Shown: positions 19,841-29,043, counted from the stretch's first letter. The stretch is 41,716 bases of DNA from Candidatus Nomurabacteria bacterium (GCA_031424015.1 JANPGR010000032.1:1-41716); one strand, 5' to 3'. Made by a program: numbers and translations. Notes: generated from the letters alone by a model not told the origin.

Positions 19841-21265
19841 ATGTCAGGCATAACCACAAATGAAACAGCAATGTCGGGTACCGTAGATTGGGTTGATATC
19901 AATCTGGTTCTGCCGAACCCCTATCAACCGCGTCGCGAATTCGTCGACGAATCTCTGACAGAGTTGGCAGATTCGATAGCGCAATATGGCATTTTACAGC
20001 CCTTGACGGTATCAGAAGTCATTTCTCTCGACGAGTCATCAGGCAAAGAGTCAAAACATTATGAACTCGTCGCAGGAGAGCGTCGTTTGCGTGCGTCAAA
20101 AATTGCAGGATTAGCCCGAGTGCCAGTGATTATCAGAATGGGGGATACCAACAAAACAAAATTGGAATTAGCAATCATAGAAAACCTCCAACGCGAAGAC
20201 CTCAATCCTGTTGACAGAGCGAAAGCTTTTCTCCAACTCGCATCAGAATTCAATCTCTCGCATACAGAAATAGGAAAACGAATGGGGAAGAGTCGTGAAT
20301 ATGTATCAAACTCATTGCGCTTGTTGGCACTACCTGAAATAATGCTATCAGCATTGGCAGCAAAAAAGATATCAGAAGGTCACACTCGTCCACTGTTGAT
20401 GCTCTCTGACAAGCCAGAAGAACAGCTAGTTCTGTTTAACGACATAATGAATTACAAAATGTCTGTTCGCGCAGCAGAAGCCAGAGCTAGGAAAAGCGCC
20501 CAAGAAAAAGTGAGAAAAGAGCACTTAAAAACAGACAGAAAAATCTTGGATATAGAAGAGACATTATCAAAAAGACTCCACGCTCGTGTTGCAATAGAAT
20601 CAGCACGTGAGGGGGAAGGGGGCCGTATCGTCATTAGCTATATGAATCCAGAAGAGCTGGGTGATCTGATCCGTACAGTGGGGGACACCGATGGTAGTGC
20701 TGCTGTGTCTGTGTTGCGCGAGAAAATTTCTCATGATCAAGTAAAAAAAGGAATAAATGTAAAAAATTCTGGGTCTGAGTCTGATAAAAGTAAGGCAAAA
20801 TCATTTAGCTTTAAAACAGGTTTTATCGATGATGTGAACCTATCTGATGATTCACAAGGTGATATGTTGTCTCGTGAATTAGTTATGAATGATTCGCCAA
20901 CACAAAAAGAATTCAATCTCATCGATGCTGCCCTGGCACCTGAAATTATGGAGATAGAGATTCCAGAGCATACAGAAACGAAAAAAGAGTTTGACACAAT
21001 TCCGAAAAAACAGATAACAGAACTCATCGATACTAATGATTCTGATGACGAATGGATGCCTTTGTCGGAATTCACACTAAATCTGACACCAGAACGAGAT
21101 AGAGATAGCGCGCCGACAGACACAGATGCTAACACTCCACAAGACTTAGAATTCTCTAATATATCAGATCAGGATTTGGATACGAATTACAGCCCCTCTC
21201 TCGATGATGTTAAAAAATCCCAACCGAACAATGATACATTGTATTCCTCGCTCTTTAATGTGTAG
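19841..21265 (+). CDS. parB: Chromosome partitioning protein ParB/Spo0J with a long acidic, low-complexity C-terminal extension
   Basis: ParB N-terminal box LPNPYQPRREF...LQPLTV...YELVAGERRLRASKIAGL; HTH LSHTEIGKRMGKSREYVSNSLRLLALP. About 180 extra C-terminal residues are rich in D/E/S/T. Confidence 0.9.
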   Translation: MSGITTNETAMSGTVDWVDINLVLPNPYQPRREFVDESLTELADSIAQYGILQPLTVSEVISLDESSGKESKHYELVAGERRLRASKIAGLARVPVIIRMGDTNKTKLELAIIENLQREDLNPVDRAKAFLQLASEFNLSHTEIGKRMGKSREYVSNSLRLLALPEIMLSALAAKKISEGHTRPLLMLSDKPEEQLVLFNDIMNYKMSVRAAEARARKSAQEKVRKEHLKTDRKILDIEETLSKRLHARVAIESAREGEGGRIVISYMNPEELGDLIRTVGDTDGSAAVSVLREKISHDQVKKGINVKNSGSESDKSKAKSFSFKTGFIDDVNLSDDSQGDMLSRELVMNDSPTQKEFNLIDAALAPEIMEIEIPEHTETKKEFDTIPKKQITELIDTNDSDDEWMPLSEFTLNLTPERDRDSAPTDTDANTPQDLEFSNISDQDLDTNYSPSLDDVKKSQPNNDTLYSSLFNV

Positions 21266-21319
21266 GTCAAATGTTGCATGCTATACAAGACACTAGTAAA
21301 TATGCTACTATAGAATTAT

Positions 21320-21991
21320 ATGGATACTCTCGCAAAACTTTTCGGATCATCTCTCCGTATCAAAATTATGAGACTTTTCTTGTTCCAGACAGGGGAGGCT
21401 TATAAAATAGCGGATATTGTTACTCGAACCCAATCTAAAACGCCTCTCGTACGCAAAGAACTCAAAAATTTAGAATTAATTGAATTTATAAAAACAAAAG
21501 AAATAGAACCAGAATCTATATTAGAAATAACAACCGAAGCTCCAGAGCCAAAACGAGGTCAGAAAAAAGCTCGCGCAAAAAAGACGAGAAAAACTATTCC
21601 ACCTGTGTTGGGCTATACTTTGAACAAGAGATTTCCTCTCGTACGAGGTTTGTCCGAACTATTGATAGAATCCAATCTAATTTCAACTCGAGATATGCAA
21701 AAATATTTTGCAAGTCACACACAGATTAAACTTCTCGTAACCTCCGGTATTTTCGTAAAAGACACTGAATCAAAATCTGATATGATTATTGTCGGTGAGA
21801 AAATCGATACAAAGAGGTTGGATATAACTGTCAAAATGATCGAATCAGAAATAGGCAAAGAGATTCGATACACAATATTCACACCAGAAGAATTTATGTA
21901 TCGCATGAATATGTATGATAAATATTTGATAGACATTCTGAATAATCCTCATGAAAAGATTATAGAAAAATTAGAAATACCAAAACCCTAA
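21320..21991 (+). CDS. Hypothetical protein, with a possible N-terminal winged-helix DNA-binding domain
   Basis: 223-aa ORF. The N-terminus LRIKIMRLFLFQTGEAYKIADIVTRTQSKTPLVRKELKNLELIEFI resembles ArsR/MarR-type wHTH. A Lys-rich linker follows. The C-terminal half is unassigned. Confidence 0.55.
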   Translation: MDTLAKLFGSSLRIKIMRLFLFQTGEAYKIADIVTRTQSKTPLVRKELKNLELIEFIKTKEIEPESILEITTEAPEPKRGQKKARAKKTRKTIPPVLGYTLNKRFPLVRGLSELLIESNLISTRDMQKYFASHTQIKLLVTSGIFVKDTESKSDMIIVGEKIDTKRLDITVKMIESEIGKEIRYTIFTPEEFMYRMNMYDKYLIDILNNPHEKIIEKLEIPKP

Positions 21992-22000
21992 TAAGGGTTG

Positions 22001-23278
22001 ATGTATAGTATGAAGTCCCTTATTCAAAGGATGTTTCCTTTTCTCATATCTCAAAAAAAATCACCCAAAAAGAATTTAGTATATTTGGACTATGCAGCGA
22101 CAACCCCTATGGATCAGCGTGTTTTGCAGGTGATGAATAATGTGTATTCGCATTCCTATTGGAATTCTGGTGCTCTGTATACCTGTGGCACAGAAACCCA
22201 TTCTCTCATAGAAGGTATTCGAAAAAATCTCAAATCGCTACTCCACACACAAAACCACCAAATTATTTTTACCCGTGGAGGTACTGATGCTTGTAATACT
22301 GGGATTCGTGGAGTTTTGAATGCTGTTCAGGTTCGTAATTCGGATGTTGTACCTCATATTATTCTCTCGCCAATAGAGCACAGTGCGGTCAGAAAAACAG
22401 TATATGCATTGGCAGGCTCAGGATTGTGTACCTATGATGAAATCGCAATTCAGAATTCTGGAGAAATTTCTCTAGAATCTGTGGCGCAGTTACTGAGACC
22501 AGAAACAGTATTAATCTGTGTCCAGTATTGCAACAACGAAACAGGTGTTATTCATCCTATCCGTGAATTAGCAAAAATGTTACGAGATCAGAGAAAAAAA
22601 CAGAATTCAACATATCCTTATTTGTTCTGTGATGCAATCGCAGCAGGATACATGGCAGGCATTCATATCCAATCGCTTGATGCAGATATGGTGACTCTGT
22701 CAGCGTCGAAATTCTACGGACCAAAATCAGTAGGAATTCTGGCGGTCAGAGACACCGTCGCCTTGATACCCAGTATTACCGGTGGCGATCAAGAATTCGG
22801 AATTCTGTCGGGTACTCTCGATCCTGCGCAGATTGTAGGACTAGGCAAGGCGTACGGGCTGGCTTGCGAGGAGCGTGAATTAGTGCGAACAGAGATAAAA
22901 CTGATAAAAAATATCCTGCAAGAATCACTAGAGAAACTCTCTCGGAAATATCCTGGCAAGATTCTATGTAACACTCCAGAAAAATCTATTTCACACATTG
23001 TGCATTTTTCAATACTTGGGATTGATAGTGATTATGCGGTACTCTATTTTGATAATGCGGGATTTTGTGTCGCGAGCGGGTCTGCCTGCAGTGCAAAATC
23101 TGGGGGAATTTCTCATGTCGTTGAGTCTTTGTGGCAGGCGAATCAATATGGTATTCCTGCCAAGGAATATGCCCATATTCGGGTTTCTCTTGGGAGAGGT
23201 ACGACCCAAGCCCAAGCCAAAAGCTTTTTACTGACGCTAGAAAACTTGATGAAAAAGACAAACAATTCACACAAGTGA
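22001..23278 (+). CDS. Cysteine desulfurase (aminotransferase class V, NifS/IscS-like)
   Basis: VYLDYAATTPMD; PLP-lysine context LSASKFYGPKSVGIL; active-site Cys loop ASGSACSAKSG; C-terminus IRVSLGRGTTQ. Confidence 0.88.
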   Translation: MYSMKSLIQRMFPFLISQKKSPKKNLVYLDYAATTPMDQRVLQVMNNVYSHSYWNSGALYTCGTETHSLIEGIRKNLKSLLHTQNHQIIFTRGGTDACNTGIRGVLNAVQVRNSDVVPHIILSPIEHSAVRKTVYALAGSGLCTYDEIAIQNSGEISLESVAQLLRPETVLICVQYCNNETGVIHPIRELAKMLRDQRKKQNSTYPYLFCDAIAAGYMAGIHIQSLDADMVTLSASKFYGPKSVGILAVRDTVALIPSITGGDQEFGILSGTLDPAQIVGLGKAYGLACEERELVRTEIKLIKNILQESLEKLSRKYPGKILCNTPEKSISHIVHFSILGIDSDYAVLYFDNAGFCVASGSACSAKSGGISHVVESLWQANQYGIPAKEYAHIRVSLGRGTTQAQAKSFLLTLENLMKKTNNSHK

Positions 23279-23319
23279 AAAACTTGTCAAACAAAAGGGA
23301 TATGATATAATTTTGATAT

Positions 23320-26025
23320 ATGAAAAAACAGAATGAATTACCCGCATTTTCTCAGTTTACCACAAAGGCAAAACAGTCTATCCAAAAGGCTCACGAACTC
23401 GCAGTGGATAGGGGGCAGACCTATGTGGGGACTTCGCACCTTTTGGCTGCACTTATGTTGCATGACGATTCTTTTGTTGTGGAGATTTTAGATTTTCTCA
23501 AAATTGACGTGGAATCTTTTGGTGATATTGTGGTTGATTCACTGGGTGGTGACGAAGGAGCCACTGGTGAAATGATCGAAGGATCCATCCAAATGTTTCT
23601 GACCCCTGACTTTGCTTCTGTTCTCGAAGAGTCCGTAAAAATCACCCAAGGACTCAAAGAAGAATGGTGTGGTGTAGAGCATATATTCCTAGGCCTTCTC
23701 TCTATTCCAAACGAGATGTCTGAATTGTTCAGTAAATTTAAAGTTTCGCGTGATACTGTTTGGGATGCGATCGTACAACTACGCAAACAACCAGCAGAAA
23801 TGCGCAATCAACATCAGATCAAATCAAAACCAAAAACTCTGGAAAAATATTCTCGAGATTTGACAGCTCTCGCTCGTGCGGACAGACTCGACCCGGTAAT
23901 TGGTCGCGATACAGAGATTATGCGTATTATCCAGATTTTGTCACGTCGCACCAAAAACAATCCAATACTGATCGGAGAGCCAGGGGTCGGGAAAACCGCA
24001 GTGATAGAAGGACTTGCTTCTCGTATTGCACGCAGTGATGTACCAGAATCACTTCGAGGCAAACAGCTCCTCCTGCTCGATATGGGACTCCTCGTTGCAG
24101 GTACAAAATATCGAGGTGAATTCGAAGACAGATTGAAAAAAGTCATCAAAGAAGTAGAGGATTCAAAAGGAAATATAATATTGTTTATCGACGAGATTCA
24201 TACATTGATAGGTACTGGAGGACCAGAAGGCTCTATGGACGCAGCCAACATGCTCAAACCGGCACTCGCTCGAGGTGAAATGCGTGTGATCGGTGCGACA
24301 ACATTGAATGAATATCAAAAGCACTTTGAAAAAGACGCAGCACTAACAAGGCGATTCCAGAGTGTTACCGTGCAGGAGCCAAATACCTTTGACGCTATAG
24401 CTATTTTACGTGGACTCAAATATCGATATGAATTATTCCACGGAGTGCGCATTACTGACGATGCTATTGTCGCAGCAGTAGAGCTATCCAGTAGGTATAT
24501 TCCGAGTCGATTTTTGCCTGACAAGGCTATTGACTTGATCGACGAGGCTGCATCAGCCCTCAGAATCATTCTCGAAAACAAACCCGAAAATTTGGAATCA
24601 GCACACAGAAAAATCCAGAGAAATGAAATCGAATTAGAAGCATTAAAAAAAGAAGAGGGAATTACAGCGCAAAAGAGAATCAATGAATTGGAGTTGGAAA
24701 TCAAAACAATAAAAAGCGATATAAAATCAACCGAGATACAATGGGAATCAGAAAAAGCATTGGTCTCTGAAATCTCTGTTGCAAAACAAGCATTGGAAAA
24801 ATTAAAACTAGAATCTGATAATGCAGAATTATCGGGCGATTTGGCTCGTGTCGCAGAAATACGCTATGGGCAAATACCCGTTATGGACACACTCATTTCT
24901 GATAAAACCATCAAACTCGAGAGACTCCAAAAGCGTGTAAAAATGCTCCGCCAAGAAGTAAACTCAGAAGACATAGCAACGGTGGTTGCAAGGTCAACAG
25001 GTATCCCTGTGACAAAATTGGTCGAAGCAGAAAATCATAAGCTCAGCCGCATGGAATCAGAATTGAAAAAACGAGTAAAAGGTCAAGATGAAGCAATCGA
25101 AAAAATTAGCCACGCTATTAGACGTGCCCGTGTTGGGATAGGGGATCCTCATCGACCTATTGGGTCATTCCTGTTTATGGGGCCGACAGGAGTTGGAAAA
25201 ACGGAACTAACCAAGGCGTTGACCGAATATATGTTCAATGATGAAAAGGCGATGATCCGTGTGGATATGTCAGAATTTATGGAGAAACACAGTGTTTCGA
25301 AATTGGTTGGAGCCCCACCTGGATATGTAGGCTTCGAAGAGTCAGGAAAATTCACCGAAGCAGTGCGCCATAGACCATATTCTGTGATCTTGTTCGACGA
25401 GGTAGAAAAAGCTCATCCAGAAGTGTTCAATATACTCCTCCAAGTTCTCGATGACGGTAGACTGACTGATGGTCGAGGTAGGGTGATTGATTTTAAAAAT
25501 ACGATCATCATCATGACCAGTAATATCGGATCCCAGCACATTCAAAAGATGCAATCAATGGGATTTAGAGGAAATGACAGCGCCGAGTCCCATTACTCAG
25601 AAACCAAAGAACGTGTCATAGAATCCCTCAATGACTATTTCCGTCCTGAATTTTTGAATCGTATTGATGACATTATTGTGTTTGATACGCTTTCACCAGA
25701 AGTTATTCGTACTATTGTGTCACAACATTTGGATTCTATTATTGCTCGATTATTAGAAAAAGGCCTGACAGTAGAATGTACTACAGAGGCATTAGATTTG
25801 ATTGCTGACAAGGGTTTTGATCCTAAATACGGTGCTCGCCCAATGAAACGATATATACAAAATGAGATTTTGAACAAAATAGCGCTCATAATGATTAGCG
25901 ATACAAAGCAAAAACACCTGACAATTATGGTGAACAAATTGGGTCTCCTCGAGATCCTTCCGACAAAGAAATCAGTAGTAAAATCAACAAAAGTGATAAA
26001 GAAACCAGTAAAAGTAAAAGCTTAA
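23320..26025 (+). CDS. clpB: ATP-dependent chaperone/disaggregase ClpB
   Basis: Clp N-domain repeats; NBD1 Walker A GEPGVGKTAVIEGLA; coiled-coil middle domain (about residues 420-560); NBD2 Walker A GPTGVGKTELTKAL; GARPMKRYIQ. Confidence 0.95.
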   Translation: MKKQNELPAFSQFTTKAKQSIQKAHELAVDRGQTYVGTSHLLAALMLHDDSFVVEILDFLKIDVESFGDIVVDSLGGDEGATGEMIEGSIQMFLTPDFASVLEESVKITQGLKEEWCGVEHIFLGLLSIPNEMSELFSKFKVSRDTVWDAIVQLRKQPAEMRNQHQIKSKPKTLEKYSRDLTALARADRLDPVIGRDTEIMRIIQILSRRTKNNPILIGEPGVGKTAVIEGLASRIARSDVPESLRGKQLLLLDMGLLVAGTKYRGEFEDRLKKVIKEVEDSKGNIILFIDEIHTLIGTGGPEGSMDAANMLKPALARGEMRVIGATTLNEYQKHFEKDAALTRRFQSVTVQEPNTFDAIAILRGLKYRYELFHGVRITDDAIVAAVELSSRYIPSRFLPDKAIDLIDEAASALRIILENKPENLESAHRKIQRNEIELEALKKEEGITAQKRINELELEIKTIKSDIKSTEIQWESEKALVSEISVAKQALEKLKLESDNAELSGDLARVAEIRYGQIPVMDTLISDKTIKLERLQKRVKMLRQEVNSEDIATVVARSTGIPVTKLVEAENHKLSRMESELKKRVKGQDEAIEKISHAIRRARVGIGDPHRPIGSFLFMGPTGVGKTELTKALTEYMFNDEKAMIRVDMSEFMEKHSVSKLVGAPPGYVGFEESGKFTEAVRHRPYSVILFDEVEKAHPEVFNILLQVLDDGRLTDGRGRVIDFKNTIIIMTSNIGSQHIQKMQSMGFRGNDSAESHYSETKERVIESLNDYFRPEFLNRIDDIIVFDTLSPEVIRTIVSQHLDSIIARLLEKGLTVECTTEALDLIADKGFDPKYGARPMKRYIQNEILNKIALIMISDTKQKHLTIMVNKLGLLEILPTKKSVVKSTKVIKKPVKVKA

Positions 26026-26173
26026 CTCAATATAGTACCTTATTCTACTACTTTTCCAATACGTTTTACTAATTTTTTCGACCTTGCAAAACTCGACTAT
26101 GGCCCCAAAGCCGTTTCAGGTCTACAAAAATTGTAAAATGTATTTGTCCTCTGATGTTTCAAACAATCAATTC

Positions 26174-26724
26174 CCCTTGGCTCTGCCAAGTGGGTATCCG
26201 CATAGAGCAGGAAAGTATAGAAAACCAGCAGGTTTTCATATAAACTAAGTACATATGACTACATCGAGAAACCACTCAACCTATGATACTCACTATCATA
26301 TCGTTTTTCCTGTAAAATACAGAAAGAGTTTACTCCGAGACGAAATAACAAAAGCAATTAAGGAAATTGCTCAAGATATTTCAGAAAGATACGACATCGT
26401 TTTTGAAAAGATAGGAACAGATTTAAATCATATCCATATACTCTGCTCTTTCAAACCGAGTTACAGCGGAGCAGATGTCGTTCGTATATTCAAATCCATT
26501 ACAGCCAAAGAGCTCTTTGTGCAATTTCCAAAATTGCGTAAAGAGCTCTGGGGCGGTCAGTTCTGGAGTGACGGCTATTATATTGCCACTGTCTCGGAGA
26601 GAGGTAATTGGTCAGTTGTAGAAAGGTATGTAGCCAACCAAGGAAAAACGAATGATGGAGACAAACAACTCAGTCTGTTCTAGTCATATGTACCCACAAT
26701 ACCCCGACGGCTTGGCCGCGTGGG
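26174..26724 (+). mobile_element. IS200-type (IS200/IS605 family) single-ORF insertion sequence. The coordinates span the two subterminal hairpins, and the true ends lie slightly outside.
   Basis: Left hairpin CCC-TTGGC-tct-GCCAA-gt-GGG (26174-26194). Right hairpin CCC-CG-a-CGGC-ttg-GCCG-CG-t-GGG (26702-26724). They flank a Y1 transposase gene. A further hairpin, gaaaacc-agca-ggttttc (26220-26237), lies 18 nt upstream of the ATG. Confidence 0.7.
26255..26683 (+). CDS. tnpA: IS200/IS605 family Y1 (HUH) transposase TnpA
   Basis: 142 aa. YHIVFPVKYRK; HUH motif DLNHIHILCSF; catalytic Tyr region FWSDGYYIATVS. Confidence 0.92.
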   Translation: MTTSRNHSTYDTHYHIVFPVKYRKSLLRDEITKAIKEIAQDISERYDIVFEKIGTDLNHIHILCSFKPSYSGADVVRIFKSITAKELFVQFPKLRKELWGGQFWSDGYYIATVSERGNWSVVERYVANQGKTNDGDKQLSLF

Positions 26725-26815
26725 TGGTTTATTGCTAAAGATTATATAGTGATGTGTAATAGTATATTATTTACAATTCGAATCTGGTCAAAGTAAAGCC
26801 AAATTACTAACAGAT

Positions 26816-27262
26816 TTACTTCTGTCCAGAATCTCTACCTAGATGAGGATAACGTTTCCTCGACAACGCAGACATCAATCTGTGTTCGCTGTGTTGTGGA
26901 GTTGCCAGGTTGCCACGTTCACGCATTTTTTCTTTTAGATTGGTTTCTTCTCGTTCGAGAATTTTTATTATTGACAAAAGGAGTTTATGCAGAGACCTGA
27001 GGAGCTTATATAGAATATATTTTGCATACCTAACACAGAGGTAGGTCCATTTTCGCAAAGAAATATCATGGACCCAGAGCCAGATCCGCGCCAAAGTATT
27101 TTTCCAATAGCGTAGATTGGGTGTGTACCATTCGCTCAAAACAGGATAAGGAGAATCATTCTGCGAATGTGAATCATCGATAATGATGGATTTACGCAAA
27201 ATAATAGCAGTCATCCCTATGAGGGATGCAAAAAATATCAAAAATGAAATATGATAATCCAT
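26816..27262 (-). CDS. Hypothetical membrane-anchored protein
   Basis: 148 aa from ATG 27262 (MDYHISFLIFFASLIGMTAIIL... is a TM helix). The rest is basic and helical with no recognisable motif. The longer ORF start at 27304 would run into the terminator hairpin. Confidence 0.6.
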   Translation of the reverse strand: MDYHISFLIFFASLIGMTAIILRKSIIIDDSHSQNDSPYPVLSEWYTPNLRYWKNTLARIWLWVHDISLRKWTYLCVRYAKYILYKLLRSLHKLLLSIIKILEREETNLKEKMRERGNLATPQHSEHRLMSALSRKRYPHLGRDSGQK

Positions 27263-27302
27263 AGATACCTTTATTATATCATAAAATTTTTGGTAAATAT
27301 AC

Positions 27303-27330
27303 AAAGCCGCCTCCCTCGGGAGGCGGCTTT
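27303..27330. terminator. Strong GC hairpin (intrinsic-terminator-like, usable on either strand)
   Basis: aaagccgcctcc-ctcg-ggaggcggcttt: a 12-13-bp perfect stem with A3 and T3 flanks. Confidence 0.65.
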
Positions 27331-27331
27331 A

Positions 27332-27606
27332 CTAGATAGGACTTCTGCATTAGACTTCTTTCAAAACCTTCCAAAACACGAGTCACGGCTCTCATCCTTA
27401 TCGACCGCAGCCTTTATGGGCAAGATATCACCACTGGTGTTGTCGACTGCGGATAGGTTTTCTCAGTGTTTTGAAAGAAGTCTATTTTCCTCCAAAACAC
27501 GCAACGTAGTGCTCATCTCAGCGATATGCAACCTTTTGCCGATATGTAACCCATTGTGTATATCGCTTCCGATAGGTTTTTCTAGATAACGCAGAAGTCC
27601 TACTAG
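27332..27606 (+). repeat. Double copy of a structured repeat family (two sub-hairpins inside one closing stem)
   Basis: Closing stem ctagataggacttctgc (27332-27348) / gcagaagtcctactag (27591-27606). Sub-element A is closed by a perfect 16-bp stem, agacttctttcaaaac (27352-27367) / gttttgaaagaagtct (27468-27483). Sub-element B (27489-27590) shares the block CCAAAACACG-N8-GCTCATC-...GATAGGTTTT with A and with the copy at 41547-41673. Confidence 0.7.
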
Positions 27607-27628
27607 AGACTCTGTAGAAAGGTCTGAA

Positions 27629-28087
27629 TTATGCTCCGATCTGCATTCGTACCAGTTTGGTAACTTCGATACGTTCTCCCAATTTTTGCATTGCTGATTC
27701 GATAACCTGGTGAATGGTGCGTTCACCATCGATGATGAATACTTCTTCGTTGATCGTTTCGAGGGTCGATCCCATAGCTGTTGCATGCATCGCGATCTGG
27801 GTCGCCAACTGAACGAATTCAGGGTTGATAGCGACGAAATCTGTCTCGCATTCGAGCTGTACCAGTGTTCCTACTGTTTTGTTGCTGTGAACATAGCTCG
27901 CAACAGTCCCTGCTGCCAATTCTCGGTCTGCCTTTTTTGCTGACTGACCTGCGGAGAATTCTCTGAGGATTGCTTTTGCAGCCTCGATGTCGCCATTTGC
28001 TGATTCGAGGGCTTCTTTACATTTCGCGATAGATATTCCTGTCTCGTCGCGGAGTTGCTTTACGAGTTCGATAGATATAGTACTCAT
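27629..28087 (-). CDS. tsf: Elongation factor Ts, short form (152 aa)
   Basis: UBA-like N-terminus ISIELVKQLRDETGISIAKCKEALESANGDIEAAKAILRE. Core LVQLECETDFVAINPEFVQLATQIAMHATA. Confidence 0.9.
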   Translation of the reverse strand: MSTISIELVKQLRDETGISIAKCKEALESANGDIEAAKAILREFSAGQSAKKADRELAAGTVASYVHSNKTVGTLVQLECETDFVAINPEFVQLATQIAMHATAMGSTLETINEEVFIIDGERTIHQVIESAMQKLGERIEVTKLVRMQIGA

Positions 28088-28115
28088 AGGATGAAAAATA
28101 GGTTATAGAGGTAAA

Positions 28116-28784
28116 TTATTTTACCGATTCTAATAGTAATGAGATGACGTAGTGAATCGTCTGCATATTTGCATCATTCGCTACAATTGGATAACTAATG
28201 TCAGCGATGTTACAGTCAGTATTGGAAAGTGCGATTACTGGAATGCCTTTTACTGCACATTCAGCAACACAGATGTGTTCTGCACGTGGATCGATTACGA
28301 TTACTGCTCCTGGTGCTCCTTCGAGAGATTCAATTCCGAGGAATTTTGATTCGAGGTCTTCGATTTCGCGCTCGATCATCAGACGCTCCTTTTTCGTCTT
28401 GTATACCAATGTGTCCGTATCTCGCTGGTCTTTGAGAGTTTTCATTTTGGTGATACGCTTTTTGACTTCGGGCCAGTTGGTAATCGTTCCTCCGATCCAA
28501 CGATCAGTAACGGTTGGGATACCTGCGTGTCCTGCCAATTTGCGTACGATTTCGCGTGCTTCTGGTTTGGTGCCGACCACGATGATACTCTTGCCGGCTG
28601 CTTTTACTGCTGCGAGGGCTAGGGTAGCGTCACTGATCTGGCGTACTGTCCATTCGAGGTCGATGAGATCTGTGCGATTCTTCATTCCATAGAGAAAAGG
28701 AACGACAGATGGATGACGACGAGAACGGGAATACCCCATATGAGCACCGCGTTCGTATAATGATTCGAGTATTTCTGCTGACAT
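28116..28784 (-). CDS. rpsB: 30S ribosomal protein S2
   Basis: MSAEILESLYERGAHMGYSRSRRHPSVVPFLYG...DLIDL; ...IIVVGTKPEAREIV...; VIVIDPRAEHICVAECAVKGIPVIALSNTDCN. I prefer ATG 28784 to 28814. Confidence 0.93.
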   Translation of the reverse strand: MSAEILESLYERGAHMGYSRSRRHPSVVPFLYGMKNRTDLIDLEWTVRQISDATLALAAVKAAGKSIIVVGTKPEAREIVRKLAGHAGIPTVTDRWIGGTITNWPEVKKRITKMKTLKDQRDTDTLVYKTKKERLMIEREIEDLESKFLGIESLEGAPGAVIVIDPRAEHICVAECAVKGIPVIALSNTDCNIADISYPIVANDANMQTIHYVISLLLESVK

Positions 28785-28934
28785 ATAATGTGTACGTGTG
28801 TATGTATCCTGCACAAATCCGAGTAATAATGGTGGATTTGTTTCTCGCTGGCCACAAGGTGCTATTCTGATGAATTTTGCGCTTTGTGTACCCTTCGACG
28901 GGTGATTGATTTTGTTAGAGTGGGATTATTCCCG

Positions 28935-29043
28935 GTAACATACATCCGAAATTGTATTTCTGCGAAACCGTCGACATGCTTTTTTGAAAATAGAGACTGT
29001 TACTGGCTTTTATTCTCGAAAAAAATTTCAGATGTATGTTACC
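28935..29043. repeat. Long hairpin element (about 20-bp stem, about 69-nt loop)
   Basis: ggtaacatacatc (28935-28947) pairs perfectly with gatgtatgttacc (29031-29043). After one mismatch the stem continues with gaaatt/aatttc. Confidence 0.5.

Noticed and set aside
27505-27530. A hammerhead-like GATGAG motif on the minus strand of the structured repeat (…GAGATGAGC…).
   Set aside because: The hammerhead core requires CUGAUGA plus a correctly placed GAAA and three helices. Only a partial string match exists.
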